This document shows positions 60,388 to 64,000 of a stretch of 64,000 nt of DNA, one piece after another. The notes under the pieces are model-generated. The model ran no database searches and was not told the DNA's origin. It saw only the letters and a list, made by a program, of their open reading frames with translations. Position 1 is the stretch's first letter, and each line of letters begins with the position of its first letter. Source of the stretch: Candidatus Bathyarchaeota archaeon (GTDB lineage Archaea; Thermoproteota; Bathyarchaeia; Bathyarchaeales; Bathycorpusculaceae). The stretch lies in contig CAVTBV010000006.1 in NCBI GenBank assembly GCA_963733095.1, positions 64,001 through 128,000 of the forward strand, given 5' to 3'. A program made the translations under genes and the position numbers.

Positions 60388-61866
60388 ATGCTGCTGATTG
60401 GTTTAATACTGGGCGTTGGGTTCGAGTTAGCTCCTGTGAAGCGATTAAGAAAAAAATTTTTGTTTTTGGGAGTTTTTGCTTTAATTGCAGGTCTCTGTTT
60501 AGTCATTTCTGCATGGTTCTTTAGTTCCAGTTTATCTTCTGTTTACTTCTTTGGGGATTTCTCTTCAGGTTTTGGGGCCTCGTTCTTTAATGGTTTGGGA
60601 AATAGTTTGCCCTTTGTTGAAGCACTAATTTTAATTGCTGTTTTTGAAGTTAGTTTAGCAGTGGGGTTTGTATCATCATTGAAGGTTGGAGAGTTTCAAA
60701 CTAAACGTAAAAGTAAAAAAGCCGAGAAAGAAAACGTTGAGAAATCAGTCTCCGAATCAAAAAGCCCTGAGAATAATGTTTCCTTAAACGGCGGGTCAGT
60801 AACAAAGGCTTCTTCTGTTTCTATGGAGTTAGATACAGATGCTTTTGAAGATGAGCAGGGTCTGCGCAAAGACGAACAGAATATGATGGTTCTATTCCTC
60901 TATGGCAAAGTAACCCAAATCACCCCAGTGGTTGATTCCACAAGACCCGAAGGCTACTATTTTGATGGTGTTCCACAGCTAGATTGGGATACTAAACGGT
61001 CAAGGCAGGCGATTGATTCCCTTGTTAGGAAAGGGTACCTTAAAGCTGAATTAGTCGACAAAGTTATCGTTTGTACTGCTTGTGGGTCAGCGGATGTTAG
61101 GCTCAAAAAATTGTGTCCTGAATGCATGTCTTTGAGGTTGCGCAAGGAAAGCATTATCGAACATTTCTCTTGCGGCACAGTGGAGCGGCAAGTGGCGTTT
61201 GAAACGGCAGATGGCGATTTGGTGTGTCCTAAATGCAAAGCAAAGTTGCAGCTAATCGGTTCAGACTATCGCATATTGCCTCCTGCCTACGTGTGTTTAG
61301 GCTGCAATGTACGAAGTAGTGACCCTCTACTGGTGGTTAAATGTGATAACTGTGGCTCGACAGCGCAACTAGATGAGGAACCTGAAGTGTTTCTCTACAA
61401 ATACACCCCGAACTCGGAATCACCAATGAAGGGGCTGCAACAGATGAGGCCCATTGAGGTTTGTGCAAACTTCTTCAAATCCCTCGGATACACGATTGTT
61501 ACGCCTGCCTTTGTAAGCGGACGATCCGAAACACAGCACCTCTTTGACCTGTTAATCTTGGGTAGAGTCGGCTGGTTAGAACCTCAAAACATGTTGGCGA
61601 CAAAATCTGAATTGCGCAAAGATAACGGCACCACCGTCGTTGACATTTTGATTTCCAGCAGACTGATCAATATAGAAGAAATGATGCGTATCTATGGCAT
61701 GACAAACGACATTGACTGTGACTCGTTGATTTTTGTCATTCCCGGTTTGACTGAGAATGCACGTAACTTTGCCGCAGCCAACAACATGAAGGTAAGTGAA
61801 GGCAAAACAATCGAGGATGCCTTAGCGAATTCCAAGATACCTAAAGTCAGCTGCAAAACAGTTTAA
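60388..61866 (+). CDS. membrane protein with TackOD1-like wHTH/Zn-ribbon domain and C-terminal restriction-endonuclease-like fold
   Basis: Three TM helices; L..KGYL...CTACGS..CPEC...IEHFSCG...CPKC..L..IG.DY; C-terminal G.S...H.FD. Confidence 0.7.
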   Translation: MLLIGLILGVGFELAPVKRLRKKFLFLGVFALIAGLCLVISAWFFSSSLSSVYFFGDFSSGFGASFFNGLGNSLPFVEALILIAVFEVSLAVGFVSSLKVGEFQTKRKSKKAEKENVEKSVSESKSPENNVSLNGGSVTKASSVSMELDTDAFEDEQGLRKDEQNMMVLFLYGKVTQITPVVDSTRPEGYYFDGVPQLDWDTKRSRQAIDSLVRKGYLKAELVDKVIVCTACGSADVRLKKLCPECMSLRLRKESIIEHFSCGTVERQVAFETADGDLVCPKCKAKLQLIGSDYRILPPAYVCLGCNVRSSDPLLVVKCDNCGSTAQLDEEPEVFLYKYTPNSESPMKGLQQMRPIEVCANFFKSLGYTIVTPAFVSGRSETQHLFDLLILGRVGWLEPQNMLATKSELRKDNGTTVVDILISSRLINIEEMMRIYGMTNDIDCDSLIFVIPGLTENARNFAAANNMKVSEGKTIEDALANSKIPKVSCKTV

Positions 61867-61875
61867 GCGCTTCTC

Positions 61876-62292
61876 TTATTTTTTGAGGTAGTCTTTTAAC
61901 ATTTGTTCGTGTTCAAAAGCCAAAGGTTTCGGCAACTCGTTTAGGTTGAAGAGTTTGATTTCTTGGATTTCACTTTCTTGTTTTTTGATTTCTCCGCCCA
62001 CAGGTTTGACGACAAAACAGGTTGGGTAATACTCGTATTCGACATCATCTTCAACGCCCTTCTCCACGTATTCACCTAGTTTTCTAACGATGTTTACGTC
62101 GAGTCCGGTTTCCTCCTTCACTTCCCGAACAATGGTTTGTTCGATGGTTTCGCCAGGGTCCATTCTTCCGCCTGGCAATGCCCAGTAACCCTTGAAGGGA
62201 ATCGTGTTGCGTTTAATCAGTAAAATTTTGTCTTCGGGAAACGGAATTATCGCGGTCGAAGTCTTACCGGTAAACTTTTTAATCAAAATCAA
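61876..62292 (-). CDS. NUDIX hydrolase
   Basis: Nudix box PGGRMDPGETIEQTIVREVKEETGL. Confidence 0.95.
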   Translation of the reverse strand: MILIKKFTGKTSTAIIPFPEDKILLIKRNTIPFKGYWALPGGRMDPGETIEQTIVREVKEETGLDVNIVRKLGEYVEKGVEDDVEYEYYPTCFVVKPVGGEIKKQESEIQEIKLFNLNELPKPLAFEHEQMLKDYLKK

Positions 62293-62294
62293 TC

Positions 62295-63101
62295 CTACGT
62301 TGTTAGTTTGTATCTCCAGTTAATCACGATGGATATGGCGAAGATTATGATGCCTGCGAAAACAACCAGCGGACCAGGGAATGGAATAGAGGAGGTTGAA
62401 CCTAAAAAGAGGCTCCAGACTAGAACTCCTGAGAACCCAGCCACGGCACCAAAAACTGAACTTAGCCATGAGTATCTGCGCATGTGTGAACTCAAGTTTT
62501 TTGCGGCTATCGCGGGCACGATTACGAGGAAACCTACGAGTAGTGTTCCAACTATTTGGATGCCGATGGCGACGACGATAGAGACTAGGAAAAGATAGAG
62601 GAGGTTTACTCTTGCGACTTTGATACCTTTTGAGATTGCAAGGTCCTCCGAAATCATTGCCAAGATTAATTTGTCGTAGATGACTTTTGTTAGAACTATA
62701 GCTGCGACGCATACTGCTGCGGCTACTGCGGCGCTTAGAAGTGTTACTTGGGAAATGTCTCCGAAAAGCGCCGCCTCAAGTGCATCCAAATTATCCCCAT
62801 AAATCAAAATACCGATTGCTAAAGCAAGAGTAAACATTGCGCCCACGAGTGCTTCGAAAGAAATTTTTGTTGTCCTTTGGATTTGCCAAATTATGGCTGC
62901 GGAAACAAACAAGAAGGCAAAGGCACCAAGAAACGGGTTAAAATGAAAAGAAATGCCAATAGCCAAACCGGGTAATGCAACGTGAGATAGTGCATCGCCC
63001 ACCAGAGCCATCTTCTCCAAAACCATCAAAGAGCCTAAATAACCAGTGGCTACGCCCACAAATATTGATAGGGCTAAGCTGTAGAATGTCGAGTCAAGCA
63101 T
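62295..63101 (-). CDS. Zn/Mn ABC transporter permease (ZnuB-like)
   Basis: MALVGDALSHVALPG, LFGDI, VG.LLV...VPA.AA. Confidence 0.93.
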   Translation of the reverse strand: MLDSTFYSLALSIFVGVATGYLGSLMVLEKMALVGDALSHVALPGLAIGISFHFNPFLGAFAFLFVSAAIIWQIQRTTKISFEALVGAMFTLALAIGILIYGDNLDALEAALFGDISQVTLLSAAVAAAVCVAAIVLTKVIYDKLILAMISEDLAISKGIKVARVNLLYLFLVSIVVAIGIQIVGTLLVGFLVIVPAIAAKNLSSHMRRYSWLSSVFGAVAGFSGVLVWSLFLGSTSSIPFPGPLVVFAGIIIFAISIVINWRYKLTT

Positions 63102-63106
63102 AAAGG

Positions 63107-63799
63107 TCAGGCTTCTCCCCGTTCGGTTTCAACGCAGACGGTTTCACCGTAAATCTGCCTCTGGATGTCTGGTTTAGCTATTTCCCCTGAGGGTCCACAG
63201 AAGGTGACGCATTTGTTTATGGCAAGCAAGTTGTCAGCATATTCTTGGACGATGTGGATGTTGTGTGTAATTAGGAAAATGGTTATTTTCTGTGTTTTCT
63301 TGATTTCGTTGAGCATGAGGTAGATGGGTTCTTCACTGTCCATGTCCACGCCGGTTGTAGGCTCATCCAAAAGCAGTACGTTGGGGTTGTCGTTTAGTGC
63401 CCAAGCAATCAACACCCGCCGAAGTTGCCCACCCGATAGTACTCCTAACCGCTTGTTCAAGATATTGCCATCAGTCAACCTTACTTTTTTGAGGGCATTT
63501 TCTATGTCGGCTCCATTTCCAATGGACAAGAACTCTCTAACAGACATTGGAATGTCGGAAACTGCGACGTACTGGGGAACATAGCCAATTTTGACTTTCT
63601 CTGTCCAATCTATTGAACCCGTGTGAGGAACCAAGTTCAGGAGTGTTTTAAGCAGGATGGTTTTTCCAGCGCCGTTTGGTCCAAGGATGGCTAATGTGGT
63701 TCCTTTCTTAACGTTGAAGCTGATGTGGTCTAGTAAGACTTGGTTCTGCAGTTTTACGCCAAGATTTGAAACCTTCAATACGTACCCGTTTTCTTCCAA
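63107..63799 (-). CDS. Zn/Mn ABC transporter ATPase (ZnuC-like)
   Basis: GPNGAGKT, IGYVPQ, LSGGQ, LLDEPTTGVD. Confidence 0.93.
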   Translation of the reverse strand: MEENGYVLKVSNLGVKLQNQVLLDHISFNVKKGTTLAILGPNGAGKTILLKTLLNLVPHTGSIDWTEKVKIGYVPQYVAVSDIPMSVREFLSIGNGADIENALKKVRLTDGNILNKRLGVLSGGQLRRVLIAWALNDNPNVLLLDEPTTGVDMDSEEPIYLMLNEIKKTQKITIFLITHNIHIVQEYADNLLAINKCVTFCGPSGEIAKPDIQRQIYGETVCVETERGEA

Positions 63800-64000
63800 A
63801 CAATAACACCTTTCGCGACCAAATTGGCACAAAGCGCAGATAATATCAGTAAGAGGAGTGCAATAAGTATTTTGAAACAGCCAAACACTATGGTGATAAT
63901 TGGTTGCTTAAAACCAGTTGCTCCTTATCGGATAGCCAGCCTTCGTGTTTGAGGGTAACTAAGCCCTTCAAAGCATTTTCAATGAATAAACTATTATCTA

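Noticed and set aside
1-64000. CRISPR array or cas genes
   Set aside because: No regularly spaced 24-40 bp repeats with unique spacers were seen, and no Cas motifs.

Overview
Archaeal chromosome segment, most consistent with Bathyarchaeia. This taxonomy is inferred from an unsplit Rpo1, an HdrA-MvhD fusion, an eL22 homologue, many PEF/PQQ-type surface proteins and frequent TTG starts. The housekeeping part holds rpo2-rpo1-rpl30e-nusA, DNA ligase, NucS, thioredoxin, a polyferredoxin with hdrA-mvhD, an ahbABCD heme pathway, a ZnuBC-type transporter and three tRNAs: Leu-CAA with a 36-nt intron, Ile-GAT and Arg-TCG. The main find is an 18.4-kb element (40510-58955) bounded by a perfect 20-bp direct repeat of the 5' end of tRNA-Arg. 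It is laid out like a phage satellite/PICI: a divergent wHTH/AbrB switch, primase-polymerase, a replication ATPase with inverted 9-bp iteron arrays, a tyrosine integrase and a TerS-like HTH. It also carries a tail-fibre-like adhesin, a holin-like gene and surface-protein cargo, but no recognisable capsid, portal or large terminase. Other highlights: a short Smc5/6-like ATPase + kleisin + Nse1/Nse3-like KITE operon, a 4xCBS-HPF ribosome hibernation-type factor, a membrane-anchored ArsR regulator, a decayed integrase at tRNA-Leu and a cluster of pseudogenes at 27.7-35.3 kb. All calls are from motif recognition only; no searches were run.
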